Counted from the stretch's first letter, positions 6,377 to 16,671 are shown. The stretch is 23,818 nt of DNA from Oligoflexia bacterium (GCA_043732485.1 JAYTHP010000220.1:1-23818), one strand, 5' to 3'. Numbers and translations: made by a program. Notes: generated by a model from the letters alone, not told the origin.

Positions 6377-8098
6377 ATGACTCAACCCTCTCATCCGCTC
6401 CCGCTCCCACCGGCTCAGCCCTCGGCTAGCGCCAAAAAATGCCTCCTCATCATCCTCGATGGCTTTGGCATTGCCAAGCCTTCGCCTTTTAACGCCGTTT
6501 TGAACGGCGCTATGCCCTATTACCGTAGCCTGCTTGCGCAATTTCCGCACTCGCAATTACTCACCCACGGCCCAAGCGTCGGTCTTCCGGAAGGCGTGAT
6601 GGGCAATTCCGAAGTCGGACACATGACGCTCGGGGCAGGCAGAGTGTTGCACCAGGATTTAACCCGCATTCAGCAAGCCATTGAAGATCAGCAGTTTTTC
6701 AAAAATCAGGCTTTTTTAAGCACCTTCGCAGCCGCACGCCAGCACACCGGGCGGGTGCATCTCCTCGGCCTCCTGTCTGACGCAGGCGTTCACAGTCATC
6801 TGGATCACCTGCTCGCCCTCCTGGATCTTGCCGTGCTTGAAAAAATCCCGGCCATCTGGGTGCATGCCATCTTAGACGGGCGCGACACCCCGCCAGGATC
6901 AGCCTCGCTTTTTTTAACCCGCCTGCTGCAACACCCAAGCTTTCACTCGGGACAAGCCAAGTTAGCCTCCTTGATGGGGCGATACTGGGCCATGGACCGC
7001 GATCAACGCTGGGAGCGCACCGAAGCGGCCTACGACGTCCTCACCGGAGGCCGCAGCCGCAAATCCCCATCCTTCCCCCACGACTTATCGCCTTTTGAGA
7101 CCCTCCGCAATACCAGCGGCGCCAGCCATCCCGTGACGCTGCAAACTTCCGCCCCAGATCCCCAGCAAGTGCCGCCACCTCCTTTTTCTTCTGCTCCTTC
7201 TGAGGAGTTTCTTGAGCCCGTCTTGCTTGCAGCCGAAGGGGCAATGCGCACGGGCGATGGTTTGATCTTTTTTAATTTTCGCTCCGATCGCGCCCGCCAG
7301 ATCTCCCAAGCGCTGACCGACCCAAAGTTTTTAGGCTTTAAGCGCAAGGTCACGGTTCTTCTCAGCCAGGCTTGCGGCATGACTCAGTACGATCGCACCT
7401 TCCAGCACCTGGAGGTAGCATTCTTGCCCTCCGCCCGTGGTGGGCTTTTAGGAGAATGGCTCTCGCAGCACGGCCTCACCCAGCTCAGGCTGGCGGAGAC
7501 CGAAAAATATGCCCATGTCACTTTTTTCTTCAACGGCGGACAAGAAACACCCTTCCCTGGCGAAGACCGCCTCCTCATCCCCTCCGTGAAAGCGGTGGCC
7601 ACCTACGACCAAGCCCCTGAGATGAGTGCAAAAGGGGTCGCCACCCAAGCCGTGCGAGCCTTACAGCAGGGGCAGTATGCGTTTATTTTAATCAATTTTG
7701 CCAACGCCGACATGCTAGGCCATACCGGCAATTATCCTGCCACCTGCTTGAGTCTGGCCACCTTGGATCAATGCCTCAAGCAAGTCATTGAAACGGCAAG
7801 AGATTCAGGCTATGCCACCCTCCTGACTGCCGATCACGGCAACGCCGAAGAAATGCAAGACGCCCAAGGCCGCGCTCATACGCAACACACCTTAAATCCC
7901 GTGCCCATCGTCTTTGTTCCCCCTGCAGTTTCCCCAGCCCCCAGTCCGTATCCCGCTGAGCTGGCCGCAGGCAGCCTGATTGATGTCATGCCGACCGTCT
8001 GCCACCTGCTGGGCCTTACCCCGCCCAGCTCGGTGACGGGCCAAAACCTCTTACGGGAGAGGGTCCCTGCACTTTCCCGCTTCTCACCTGAGCGCTAA
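6377..8098 (+). CDS. gpmI: 2,3-bisphosphoglycerate-independent phosphoglycerate mutase
   Basis: LIILDGFG, MGNSEVGH, DGRD, GRYWAMDRD, NFRSDR, AETEKYAHVTFFFNGG, NADMLGHTG and TADHGNAE. ATG 6377 follows AAAGGTG. Confidence 0.97.
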   Translation: MTQPSHPLPLPPAQPSASAKKCLLIILDGFGIAKPSPFNAVLNGAMPYYRSLLAQFPHSQLLTHGPSVGLPEGVMGNSEVGHMTLGAGRVLHQDLTRIQQAIEDQQFFKNQAFLSTFAAARQHTGRVHLLGLLSDAGVHSHLDHLLALLDLAVLEKIPAIWVHAILDGRDTPPGSASLFLTRLLQHPSFHSGQAKLASLMGRYWAMDRDQRWERTEAAYDVLTGGRSRKSPSFPHDLSPFETLRNTSGASHPVTLQTSAPDPQQVPPPPFSSAPSEEFLEPVLLAAEGAMRTGDGLIFFNFRSDRARQISQALTDPKFLGFKRKVTVLLSQACGMTQYDRTFQHLEVAFLPSARGGLLGEWLSQHGLTQLRLAETEKYAHVTFFFNGGQETPFPGEDRLLIPSVKAVATYDQAPEMSAKGVATQAVRALQQGQYAFILINFANADMLGHTGNYPATCLSLATLDQCLKQVIETARDSGYATLLTADHGNAEEMQDAQGRAHTQHTLNPVPIVFVPPAVSPAPSPYPAELAAGSLIDVMPTVCHLLGLTPPSSVTGQNLLRERVPALSRFSPER

Positions 8099-8101
8099 GT
8101 C

Positions 8102-9106
8102 ATGCCCGAACAACCCAGTCACTGGTCACCCCCAACAACAACACCGCCCGCTCCCCTGCTGCCTACGTGGGCAAGACTGACCACCGCTGCCTTCTTACGC
8201 CCGCTGTTGCACCTCACCTGTTGCATCCACTGTTCCCAAAGTCTCGTCCCCTCTGCTGATGAGACCCCAACAAGCCACTTCCCCAGCCCGTCGTTCCCGC
8301 TTTGCTCGCGGTGCGTGCGCAAATTGTGCGCGTGCCCACCGCTGTGCCCCCGCTGCGCAAGTCCCTTGTGCTTAAGCCAACCTGTCACGTCGCAGCCGTT
8401 TGATCCCCGCGGCTTAAGCGAAGCGGCTCACCCCTGCTTGCGCCCCTGGATCGAATACCCCGATCTGGCCTCCTTCACCGCGCTTTACCTGATGAGCGAG
8501 CACGGCTACCCGATCTTGCGGCAGTGGAAGAAAAAAGCAGGCACGCTTTTTACCCGCCAAATCTTGCAGCCCCACCAGCACGCCTCATTAAACTCCTCAA
8601 GTTCCCCAGGCTCCCTGCAGGCGTTGATCCAAAAACTACCCACCCTCAACCCGCAGGTAGCAGGCATCGTCCCGCTCCCGCAAGATTACTTTCGCGCGTG
8701 GCAGATGCAAGGCAGCAGAGCCGCCCAGCTCGCCCACTGGCTCTCGGGCTTAACCCAGCTACCCGTGCTCCCGCTGCTAGAAACCACCCTCCCACCCTCC
8801 AGCCAGGCCTCACCACTCAGGCAAGCCGAACGCAAAGGCGAGAGCAGGCGCAGCCATGCCTTTGCACTCCGCTACCGCGCGCCGCAGCCAGCACGAGGGC
8901 TCACCTTAGCACTCAAGCGCACCGTCTTGGGCCGGGGCATCACCGCGACCGCCATCACCGCTCCACAGCGCGTGATCCTGGTGGACGATTTCCTCACCAC
9001 CGGCACCACCGCTAGGCGGGCAGCCCAGCTGCTCAGGCAACAAGGCGGAATCGCCCAAGTCGATTTTTTCTGCTTGGGTATCAAAATGCCCAAGCTCGAG
9101 GCCTAA
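8102..9106 (+). CDS. comF: ComF-family protein (double zinc ribbon + phosphoribosyltransferase domain)
   Basis: CIHC, CSRC and CPRC...C motifs; IVPLP; PRPP loop VILVDDFLTTGTTA. Confidence 0.85.
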   Translation: MPEQPSHWSPPTTTPPAPLLPTWARLTTAAFLRPLLHLTCCIHCSQSLVPSADETPTSHFPSPSFPLCSRCVRKLCACPPLCPRCASPLCLSQPVTSQPFDPRGLSEAAHPCLRPWIEYPDLASFTALYLMSEHGYPILRQWKKKAGTLFTRQILQPHQHASLNSSSSPGSLQALIQKLPTLNPQVAGIVPLPQDYFRAWQMQGSRAAQLAHWLSGLTQLPVLPLLETTLPPSSQASPLRQAERKGESRRSHAFALRYRAPQPARGLTLALKRTVLGRGITATAITAPQRVILVDDFLTTGTTARRAAQLLRQQGGIAQVDFFCLGIKMPKLEA

Positions 9107-10366
9107 CGCGCTCACCACTTGCGCAAAGGCCTGCGCCGGACCAAAACCATCGGTGAGAAAACACACCTCAGGCCATTCCTCAAGACGCGCCGCCTGATCG
9201 CCTGCCTCACCCCAAGGGTTTTTCAGTCCGCCAAGACGTCTGGTTTTTTTCATCCCTGCGCCAAACAGCAACTCCTGGACAAAACGCACCTGCTCTTGCG
9301 CCAGGGTCTCAGTAAAGAGCGGCGGCGGCAGAGCGTGGCCAGAACCCCGAACAGCGGCTTCCTCACCGCCGCTCTCAGCACGCTGCCCGCTTTCACCGTA
9401 AGGGGTGAGGTCCTCAAAAACCTTATTCAAAGTGCTTTTCATCCGTCTGAGCCGTTTGGCAATCTGGTGATTGTCTTCAATCTCAGCGGCCGAGAGATAG
9501 ACCGTCCAGATGCTGTACCAGCCGCACTGGGTAAAGTAACCCCAGAGGTGGCGATTCTCACCCTGATCGCCTGCCGTTTTGGCAATTTCACTGCAAAAAC
9601 TATCTAACCCCCCCAAGCCTAAATCCCTCTGGTGCTTAAACACCGCTTGTAACGCCCCCATCGGCTCGCGTTGCACCTGAAGCGTTAAGGCTTGCGGTAA
9701 ACCCTCTAAACCTGCCAGCAAACCCAACTGATCGGCGTAAAACACCTGTGTGCCCCAAAAAGTCTCGCCTGATCCTAGCTCTAAGCCCCAAACGCGACCA
9801 CTACCAACACCCCCTTGAGCCCCCTCATTTTTTTTCAAAGCCATGAGCGGGTTATCCTCCACCACCCGCAATCGCTCACCAGACCTGAGTAACACCGCCC
9901 GCATAGCCTCTTCCAACTCATAAGCCGTCAAGTCATAGCGCTCACTCTCCAAACCTAACACCGTGGCTTCCGGACCCCATAACCCCTGTTGCATCAAGGC
10001 TTGCTGCTCCTCGCGCGTGTCGCCTCTGAGCCAGTGCGGCTCACGAAAGGCCTTACCGCGTCGCACCTTCAGTAGCGTCCCGATTTGTAAGTCTCCTAAG
10101 GTGATCCCTAAGCGCTCCGCTAAAACCGCGAAGGCCCGCGCGCCGATGCCCCGCGTGAGACTAGCAAGCGGCGGCGACAGTCTGGCGCCGCTGCCTTGCA
10201 CCCAAAGCACCATCTTGGATTGCAAACTTAAATAACCCACCAGCCCGAGTGCCGCCCAGCCATTGCCCACCACCATGCAATCATAGACCGTCTCAGCAGG
10301 CGATCCTACAACAGCAGCCGCCTGGCGTTTACCGGTGATGGTCCCTGAGGCTTGCGCTTTCCTCAT
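8906..10366 (-). CDS. Hypothetical protein with an N-terminal FAD/NAD(P)-binding-like motif
   Basis: YDCMVVGNGWAALG resembles GxGxxG/A. ATGA overlap with the aspartate kinase stop. The last 201 nt overlap comF antisense. Confidence 0.7.
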   Translation of the reverse strand: MRKAQASGTITGKRQAAAVVGSPAETVYDCMVVGNGWAALGLVGYLSLQSKMVLWVQGSGARLSPPLASLTRGIGARAFAVLAERLGITLGDLQIGTLLKVRRGKAFREPHWLRGDTREEQQALMQQGLWGPEATVLGLESERYDLTAYELEEAMRAVLLRSGERLRVVEDNPLMALKKNEGAQGGVGSGRVWGLELGSGETFWGTQVFYADQLGLLAGLEGLPQALTLQVQREPMGALQAVFKHQRDLGLGGLDSFCSEIAKTAGDQGENRHLWGYFTQCGWYSIWTVYLSAAEIEDNHQIAKRLRRMKSTLNKVFEDLTPYGESGQRAESGGEEAAVRGSGHALPPPLFTETLAQEQVRFVQELLFGAGMKKTRRLGGLKNPWGEAGDQAARLEEWPEVCFLTDGFGPAQAFAQVVSALGLELGHFDTQAEKIDLGDSALLPEQLGCPPSGGAGGEEIVHQDHALWSGDGGRGDAPAQDGALEC

Positions 10367-11712
10367 GACGCCGCTCCTTGCCTCTCAAGCCAGGCTTGGT
10401 GCAAGGCCTGCACCCCAGCTTCAGCTTGCGAAGCTGCCACCCCCACCGTCATCGCAAGCGGTGAGGCGACTCCGCTTGTAACGTTGATGTGCGCTCCCGC
10501 AAGCGTTTCCATCAGCTCCGCTAACGCCCTACCGTCTTGACTTAAGCGATGCCCCAAAACGGAAAGCGGTACTAAGCCCAATTCAATCAGGTACTCGGTG
10601 ACAAAACCCTCGCGTACCAGCTCACTTAAGTGCTGCCGCCACTCCCCTTCGGCTTCCCGCTCGGAAAAAAAGCGCACCACGCCGTCTGCAAAACTTAAGG
10701 CAATTAAACTCAAATGGCTCCGACCGGCTCGCTCCCACAGCGCAGCCAGCGCCGTGGGCCTGGCAAGCGTCACTTTCAAGAACATCTTACTGGCATCGGC
10801 GGTCACGGCCGTGACCTGCCAGTCTTCCATGCCACTGGACGACGACGTCCCTGCTGCACCCATCTCCCACGACCTCTCACTCGACATAAGACCCGCCTTT
10901 CGCGCTTCAAACCCTGATTCCATCCCCCCGCAGCCTCCCCCCTCCTGACCACTCCTGCCTTGCAACACCCAGTCCCTGACACTCTCAAAAAGAATCTCCG
11001 TGCCTGGGCCCGCACTCAAACTGCTGCGCACGTGCAAGGGCACCTGAAAGCGCTTGGCCATCTCGACACTACGGGGATGCAACACGCCTGCCCCCAGAGT
11101 GGCCATTTCGATCATCAAATCCACCGGCAGGGCGGCAATTTTTTGTGCCGCGCCCACCCAGCGGGGATCGCCTGAGAAGACCCCCTCGACATCGGTATAG
11201 ATCTCACACACTTGAGCCCGCAAGGCCGCAGCAAGCGCCACCGCCGTGGTATCCGAGCCGCCACGCCCTAAGGTGGTGATTTCCTTTTGTTCACTCACCC
11301 CTTGAAAGCCTGCCACAATCACCACTTTGTTTTCCGTAAGCGCTAAACGAATGCGATCGCCCAGAATCCGTAAAATCCTGGCCCGTTGATGACTCTGATC
11401 GGTGATAATTCCACTTTGCGAGCCCGTAAACGAGCAAGCAGGCACCTGACACGCGGCAAGCGCCATACTGAGCAGGGCCATCGAAATGCGCTCGCCTGCC
11501 GACAGCAGCATGTCCATTTCCCGGTGCGAGGGATGATCTGCCACCTGATAGGCTAAACGAATCAACTCGTCGGTGGTTTCCCCCACTGCCGAGACCACCA
11601 CCACCAGCTGATGACCTTGCGCGTAAGCTTGAGCAATCTTCCGGGCTACTTGAGTGATTCGCTCAGGTGAACCGACCGAAGTGCCGCCATATTTTTGGAC
11701 TAAAAGCGCCAT
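10363..11712 (-). CDS. lysC: Aspartate kinase
   Basis: MALLVQKYGGTSVG, DMLLSAGE, VAGFQG, TTLGRGGSDTTAVALA, YTDVEGV and GAGVLHPRSV; C-terminal ACT-like region. Start at ATG 11712. Confidence 0.95.
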   Translation of the reverse strand: MALLVQKYGGTSVGSPERITQVARKIAQAYAQGHQLVVVVSAVGETTDELIRLAYQVADHPSHREMDMLLSAGERISMALLSMALAACQVPACSFTGSQSGIITDQSHQRARILRILGDRIRLALTENKVVIVAGFQGVSEQKEITTLGRGGSDTTAVALAAALRAQVCEIYTDVEGVFSGDPRWVGAAQKIAALPVDLMIEMATLGAGVLHPRSVEMAKRFQVPLHVRSSLSAGPGTEILFESVRDWVLQGRSGQEGGGCGGMESGFEARKAGLMSSERSWEMGAAGTSSSSGMEDWQVTAVTADASKMFLKVTLARPTALAALWERAGRSHLSLIALSFADGVVRFFSEREAEGEWRQHLSELVREGFVTEYLIELGLVPLSVLGHRLSQDGRALAELMETLAGAHINVTSGVASPLAMTVGVAASQAEAGVQALHQAWLERQGAAS

Positions 11713-11997
11713 ATCAAGCGTTATGGCACATCGCCTGGTCCTTGGCCAACCCTTGCCCAAGCTAGAACACGAAAATTTTCTCCCCCACCTTTGCCCGTGC
11801 CACCCTGACCGTGACTCCACTGACGCCCCTCAACCTTTTTACGCGAGGGCTTCAACGCCCCTCCACACCCCAAGGGGGCCGCAAAATAAAAAAAATAATT
11901 GCCCCCCCTCTTAAATCGACGTTAATCTGAGAGCCTCAAAGTCACGCCCTCTCTCGTGATCTTGCCCAGAAAATGAGACACAAAGAACCTGACGCCA

Positions 11998-12997
11998 ATG
12001 ACCAACAATGACAATGACAATGACACAAAAAAAAAGAAAAACTCGCACTTTCCTGCAGAGACCGTACGACTGAGTTTCCTGCCAGGCCTCAAACTCCTTC
12101 TACTCCTGCTCCTGCCCATTCGCCTTAGCTTAACCCACGGCTCCGCACCTCTCTCCCCTTGCCAGCCACCCCGGAAGCCATGGAGCACTTCAAAGGCTAA
12201 TGGCGTCATCTGACGGACGTGCGCGTGTCAGAGTGAAACTTCAGCGTGAGCTTTTACTGTTAAAGTCGCCGACCGAACAGCTGCTCTTCCGAAACTCAGT
12301 TTTTGCAGCCTTAGGCTTTGAATTTGCCAACCCCTGGATCAAGTCCTACTTCAGCTCACGCCCGTGGTATAAGCCCGGCGGATCGCCCAAACCTTGCAAA
12401 GATCCTCCCTTTTGAGAGATTACAGCACACCGACTCACCTTTTTTCGACTTCATCCTCATGGACAAGCCCAGCATGCAGATGCTACCTGATTTAAGAGTC
12501 CTCCCCGGTGAAATTTACAACAAACTCTACCTACCAGGAAAAACCCTGATTAAATTGCAAAGTCTCAAACAATCGATCTGTTCGCAATACGGTAAGCGCG
12601 TGGAGAAACAACTGCTGCAAGACTCTTTCGAGACTCGCCCCTGGTAAAAGCCGCAAGTCAACTACTCCGATCAAAGCCTGACACCGACTGACTGGGCAAA
12701 CCTGGCGCTGCTTGAGCATTATGAAAAATTTGACTTAGACGCTGACATGCATCGCACCTTGCTTAGCTTCGAGTGTGAGCTTGCTGAGACAAAGGCGGAC
12801 GAAGAATGCGCGCCTCTCATCTATTGACCTTTACCCAGGGCGCCGTCACACTCACCGATTATTTCTTGTGCGAAGGCGGCGTTTTACAAGTCAGCTTAAA
12901 AAAACCCTCTTTGCAGCAACCCTGGCAGTCGCTGCAATACAATCTGGCAAAGAGACTGACTGCCCCCTTTGCGGTAAAGAGTGGTATTAAGAATTAA
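11998..12997 (+). pseudogene. Fragmented secreted protein with two YARHG-like domains
   Basis: Signal-like KLLLLLLLP in frame 11998-12213. LLFRNSVFAALGFEFANPWIKSYFSSRPWYKP at 12281-12376. A second copy, SICSQYGK...SFETRPW*KPQVNYSDQSLTPTDWANLALLEHYEK, is split by TAA at 12645-12647. Frame changes lie between the pieces. Confidence 0.7.
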
Positions 12998-13566
12998 AAT
13001 AAGGACCGTGCCAGCTTAAATTTTACCGCAACTCTTGCAAAAAGGGAAAAATCATTTTGGGTATCACCGATCCCCCACGACCGCCTTGCGCTTGCAAAAC
13101 CTTACGATCAACATTTTCCTGTCAAAATCTCGCTTTAAGCACCTCCTGGACGAGCCTCATCTCGCCTCGCCTCACAACAAAAATATGATTCTACTCTAAA
13201 GTTAAAAAAGATCAGCGCCTGATGAACGGTCGTGGCAGATACGTCGGCTGCAGGGCGTCTGACTCCAGGCGTGGCTCTAGTAGAAGTAGTAGGGGGCTAA
13301 AGATGCAATCTTTTAAGCTGACCGCGGTTTTGGCAGATTCCGTAGTTTTGCACTCCGCGGTGAATTCTTCGTCGCCAGAGGGAGGTGGGTCCAGCAACGC
13401 TCGCACCGACCACGGCTCAGTCGTGGCAGCACACACCAGTCTCTCCACCCCCACGATTTTGAACAAGAAGCCTGAACTCACGCTGAGGCTGGACAAAGTG
13501 TGACGCTGGGTTCAGTTCCTGCGGGGTGATCTCGCGCTTGAAAGGCTTTCCGCAGATCACAAGCGC

Positions 13567-13884
13567 CTAGTCTGCGGGATCTTGGAAATCAAAACTAAGC
13601 AGGAACCTTGCGTGACAAGCCGCGGCGATTCGAGCCAATACTGCCAACTGAGCGCTACGAGAAGCCGTCCCTAATTCAATCCAACGCACCATTGAGGGTA
13701 TCGACTGGAGCCGCTTGGCAAGCTCAACTCGATTCAATTCAGCACAAATTCGGGCCGCTTTAACTAACCTTGCCATCTCAGTGGTCACGTGCTCTTGTTC
13801 GAATGCAATCCTGATTTCTGGATCTTTCAGCAAGGCCTCAAGAAAGGGCCTGGCAGGACGTTAGGCTTTTTTTTTCTTAGTCAC
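13567..13884 (-). pseudogene. XRE-family HTH protein (HigA-like antitoxin), probably with an N-terminal nonsense codon
   Basis: LLKDPEIRIAFEQE...VKAARICAELNRVELAKRL...IELG...LARIAAA. GTG 13884 reads MTKKKKA*RPARPFLEALLKDPE in one frame (TAA at 13861-13863). It could instead be expressed from TTG 13833. Confidence 0.65.
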
Positions 13885-13990
13885 TGCCAAAAGTCTCTCT
13901 TCCGACTTTGGACAGTGCACGTCGGGGCAAGGTGCACGCAGGCACCCCTCAACTTTCAGCCCGTCCTCCAGCCCAAAAACCCGGCTCTTG

Positions 13991-15661
13991 TTAACTCTCC
14001 GAAGGCCTCGCACTCGGTCGCACCGCGCTGACTCGTGCGACATGCCGCCTGGAGCGACCCCGTCTACGCTTGTGGGAGCGGCGGCGGGGATGATCCAGCT
14101 CCCGCACTTCTAAGGAAGCCAAGGTACGGGTGCGATCATTAGGCATCGGCAGTAAAATCGTACGCCCAGACGACAGTTTGGCGTGGGCAGGCAAGCCATT
14201 TAACTGACTTAAGGGATCGACTTGGATACCAAAGTGCCTGGCAATCCAATGTAAAGTGGTACCTTGCTGCGCCTTATAACTCATGAACTCCACCTTCCGC
14301 GGGAACGTGACATGGTTGTAAGTCGCCAGAAAGCGTTCTTTCACCGAGATCGGCAGTTTGACGATATAGTTCTTCTGGGTCGGAGGCGTGCACCAGCGTA
14401 AAATCTCAGGATTTAAGGCTTTCACCGTTTGATACGACAAACCAGCTGCCGTAGCAATTTTCAGTAAATCGGCCGGACTTTGAATCTCAAACTCCGCTAA
14501 CTCCTCACCCCCCACTTCGCCAGCCTTGGTGACATGCGGCACTTGAATCGGCTTGGCAGGAACCCCACCTTCGGGTAGGTCGGTTTGTGGGGCAATGGCT
14601 GCCACCTCAGCGGCGCCTGCGATTTCTGCAGACAAATCATCACTCCTCGCCTCACCATTTAACTCCCCACTGAGCGGATCGAGCGGATCTTCCGCCTCAT
14701 CCTCCGCGCGCCTGACCACCGACGCAAGGTCACCCAGCGGCTTTTCCGTCTTAATCACCTTCACCACTTCACCGTCGCTTGCCACCGCTTCGTCTCGGCC
14801 TGCCCGCGGCTCAACTTCGGGGAAACCAAACTGCCCACGATTTTTGGAAATAATCGCCGCTGCCATGATCTTAGGCACGTAATCGCGGGTCTCCGGTCGT
14901 AAAAATCGCTGCTTGGAGATCATCCAAAAGTCGCGGGTGCCAAAGCGACGCACGGCGCGCGCGAGCTTCGCTTCACCTGCGTTGTAAGCCGCAGCAGCCA
15001 ACTCCCAGCTTTGAAAAATACGATATAAATCCCCTAAGTACCCAGCTGCAGCCAGCGTGGATTTCTCAATACTGCGACGATCATCCGACCACCAGTTGAC
15101 CTTCAAGCCATAGCGCCGTCCGGTTTCTGCAATAAACTGCCACGGACCCACCGCCCTAGCGCGTGAGCGTGCCAGATTGTTAAAACCACTTTCAATCATC
15201 GCTAAGTAGACGAGATCGCCTGGTAAATTGTTTTTCTTCAGGATCGGCACAATATACGGCACAAAAAACTCGGAGCGCTCCAAATAGCGGGTGAAATAGA
15301 CCCTGCCCCTGGTACAAAAGTAATTAATCCAGTAATCCACCCGCGAATTAAGATTAATCGGGATATCAAACTGGGTGTTCCTGAGCTTAATCCCCTGGAC
15401 GATCAAATCACCGTTACTCGCTTGCGAGAGCGTGGTCTTGTCGGAGGACTTTGGTAATTCGCCGGTCAGCTCGATTTCCTCTTGTAAGATATCCGTCAAT
15501 TTTTTAGGCGCCGGGGGCTCCAATAAATCCCCGCCTGCGGCCGCAAGCTCGGCTTCAGTTAAATGCCGCGTGGTGTGTGCACAGCTTGCAAGGGTCAACG
15601 CCAGGCAGGTCACAGGAAGGAGCTGAGATTTTGCGGCAGTTTTTGCGAACCAGGGTAACAT
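13991..15661 (-). CDS. mltD: MltD-like lytic murein transglycosylase lipoprotein (SLT + LysM)
   Basis: Lipobox LASC. LAMIESGF, AVGPWQF, AAYNAGE and ETRDYVPK. LysM-like segments (TLHWIARHFGI...LSQLNGL). Start at ATG 15661 or TTG 15685. Confidence 0.9.
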   Translation of the reverse strand: MLPWFAKTAAKSQLLPVTCLALTLASCAHTTRHLTEAELAAAGGDLLEPPAPKKLTDILQEEIELTGELPKSSDKTTLSQASNGDLIVQGIKLRNTQFDIPINLNSRVDYWINYFCTRGRVYFTRYLERSEFFVPYIVPILKKNNLPGDLVYLAMIESGFNNLARSRARAVGPWQFIAETGRRYGLKVNWWSDDRRSIEKSTLAAAGYLGDLYRIFQSWELAAAAYNAGEAKLARAVRRFGTRDFWMISKQRFLRPETRDYVPKIMAAAIISKNRGQFGFPEVEPRAGRDEAVASDGEVVKVIKTEKPLGDLASVVRRAEDEAEDPLDPLSGELNGEARSDDLSAEIAGAAEVAAIAPQTDLPEGGVPAKPIQVPHVTKAGEVGGEELAEFEIQSPADLLKIATAAGLSYQTVKALNPEILRWCTPPTQKNYIVKLPISVKERFLATYNHVTFPRKVEFMSYKAQQGTTLHWIARHFGIQVDPLSQLNGLPAHAKLSSGRTILLPMPNDRTRTLASLEVRELDHPRRRSHKRRRGRSRRHVARVSAVRPSARPSES

Positions 15662-15852
15662 AGGGCAATCTTTCTTTGGAATCAAGAAGGGTCATTTAAG
15701 GACACACTAGGCAAGGGCAAATCAGGCAAGACATCGCAGGCTGAGCTTACGCCCTCAAGCAAAAATCTGAGTTGCAGCAAGAGGAGGAGGACCGCAAAAA
15801 CCTGCGCGCGCCACCTTGATAAAAAAAATTACAAAAACACTCGCTCGTCGTA

Positions 15853-15886
15853 AGCGTCAAAACTAGTGTCAAAACTAGCGTCAAAA
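15853..15886. repeat. 12-bp tandem direct repeat, about 3 copies
   Basis: AGCGTCAAAACT / AGTGTCAAAACT / AGCGTCAAAA upstream of mltD. Confidence 0.85.
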
Positions 15887-16039
15887 GAGAGTCGGATTTT
15901 CTCGGCAAAAAATAAAATCAATCTCCGAAAAACTCAAACTCCTCAGCCTCTGCGACGCTTGGCTTTTTCCTCTGCTTCCAGCGCTGCCCCAGTCCAAACC
16001 CGGAAATACCCCTCCCCCAAAGGAGAGTGCGCGAAGGGT

Positions 16040-16483
16040 TTAGGCAGCAGCATCCTTAAAGTTTTTAATAATATCGACGACTTGCATCTCAAGGTCTTCA
16101 TCCGTCTCGTAGACCTCATCGATGTGCGAAGAGCGCATCAAATACTGCAAGATACTGAGGGCAATCATTTTAGGCGGTTTTTGGAAGTAAAAACCATTGA
16201 GCTCATCTATGCCAAAACTGCTGCGAACCACTGCTTTGGCGGCTCGAAATTGGTCACTTTCGGTAAACGTGCTCTCTTGCAGCATTTCGGCTTTGGCGCC
16301 CATCTTGGCCAAGGTGCGCTCGCGTAATTCCTCATCGGTCAGCACAAAGGGACTGATCAATCCAAAGATCTCATCCTCGACGACTTGTCTTAAGCGCGCT
16401 GGAAAAGTGATCGATTTCTGACTGACTAAGCGACTCAGCATGCTTTTGCATAAAAATCGCAGGGTTTCTCGGTTGGTTGCCAC
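16040..16483 (-). CDS. DUF507-family protein
   Basis: GTG start with GAGGAG SD. Helical protein ending IDEVYETDEDLEMQV, resembling DUF507. Confidence 0.7.
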   Translation of the reverse strand: MATNRETLRFLCKSMLSRLVSQKSITFPARLRQVVEDEIFGLISPFVLTDEELRERTLAKMGAKAEMLQESTFTESDQFRAAKAVVRSSFGIDELNGFYFQKPPKMIALSILQYLMRSSHIDEVYETDEDLEMQVVDIIKNFKDAAA

Positions 16484-16671
16484 TCTTCACTCCTCAACTT
16501 TTTTCTTCGATGATTTAGGTTTGCACTATAAACCAAGAAGGACTTTTAAGCCGTCTTTTTTTCTTCTCTTTTTCGTTTCTCAAGGCAACGCGCTGCTCTC
16601 ACGTCTGTTTCTTCGTCCCCCGGACCGTTTCACCGCGGACACGCACGCGGCCGCCCTCTCCCCCCTTGCCC

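Noticed and set aside
13212..13503. Overlapping Ser/Gly-rich ORFs on both strands
   Set aside because: No recognisable domain. They may be decayed sequence, but I cannot support a call.
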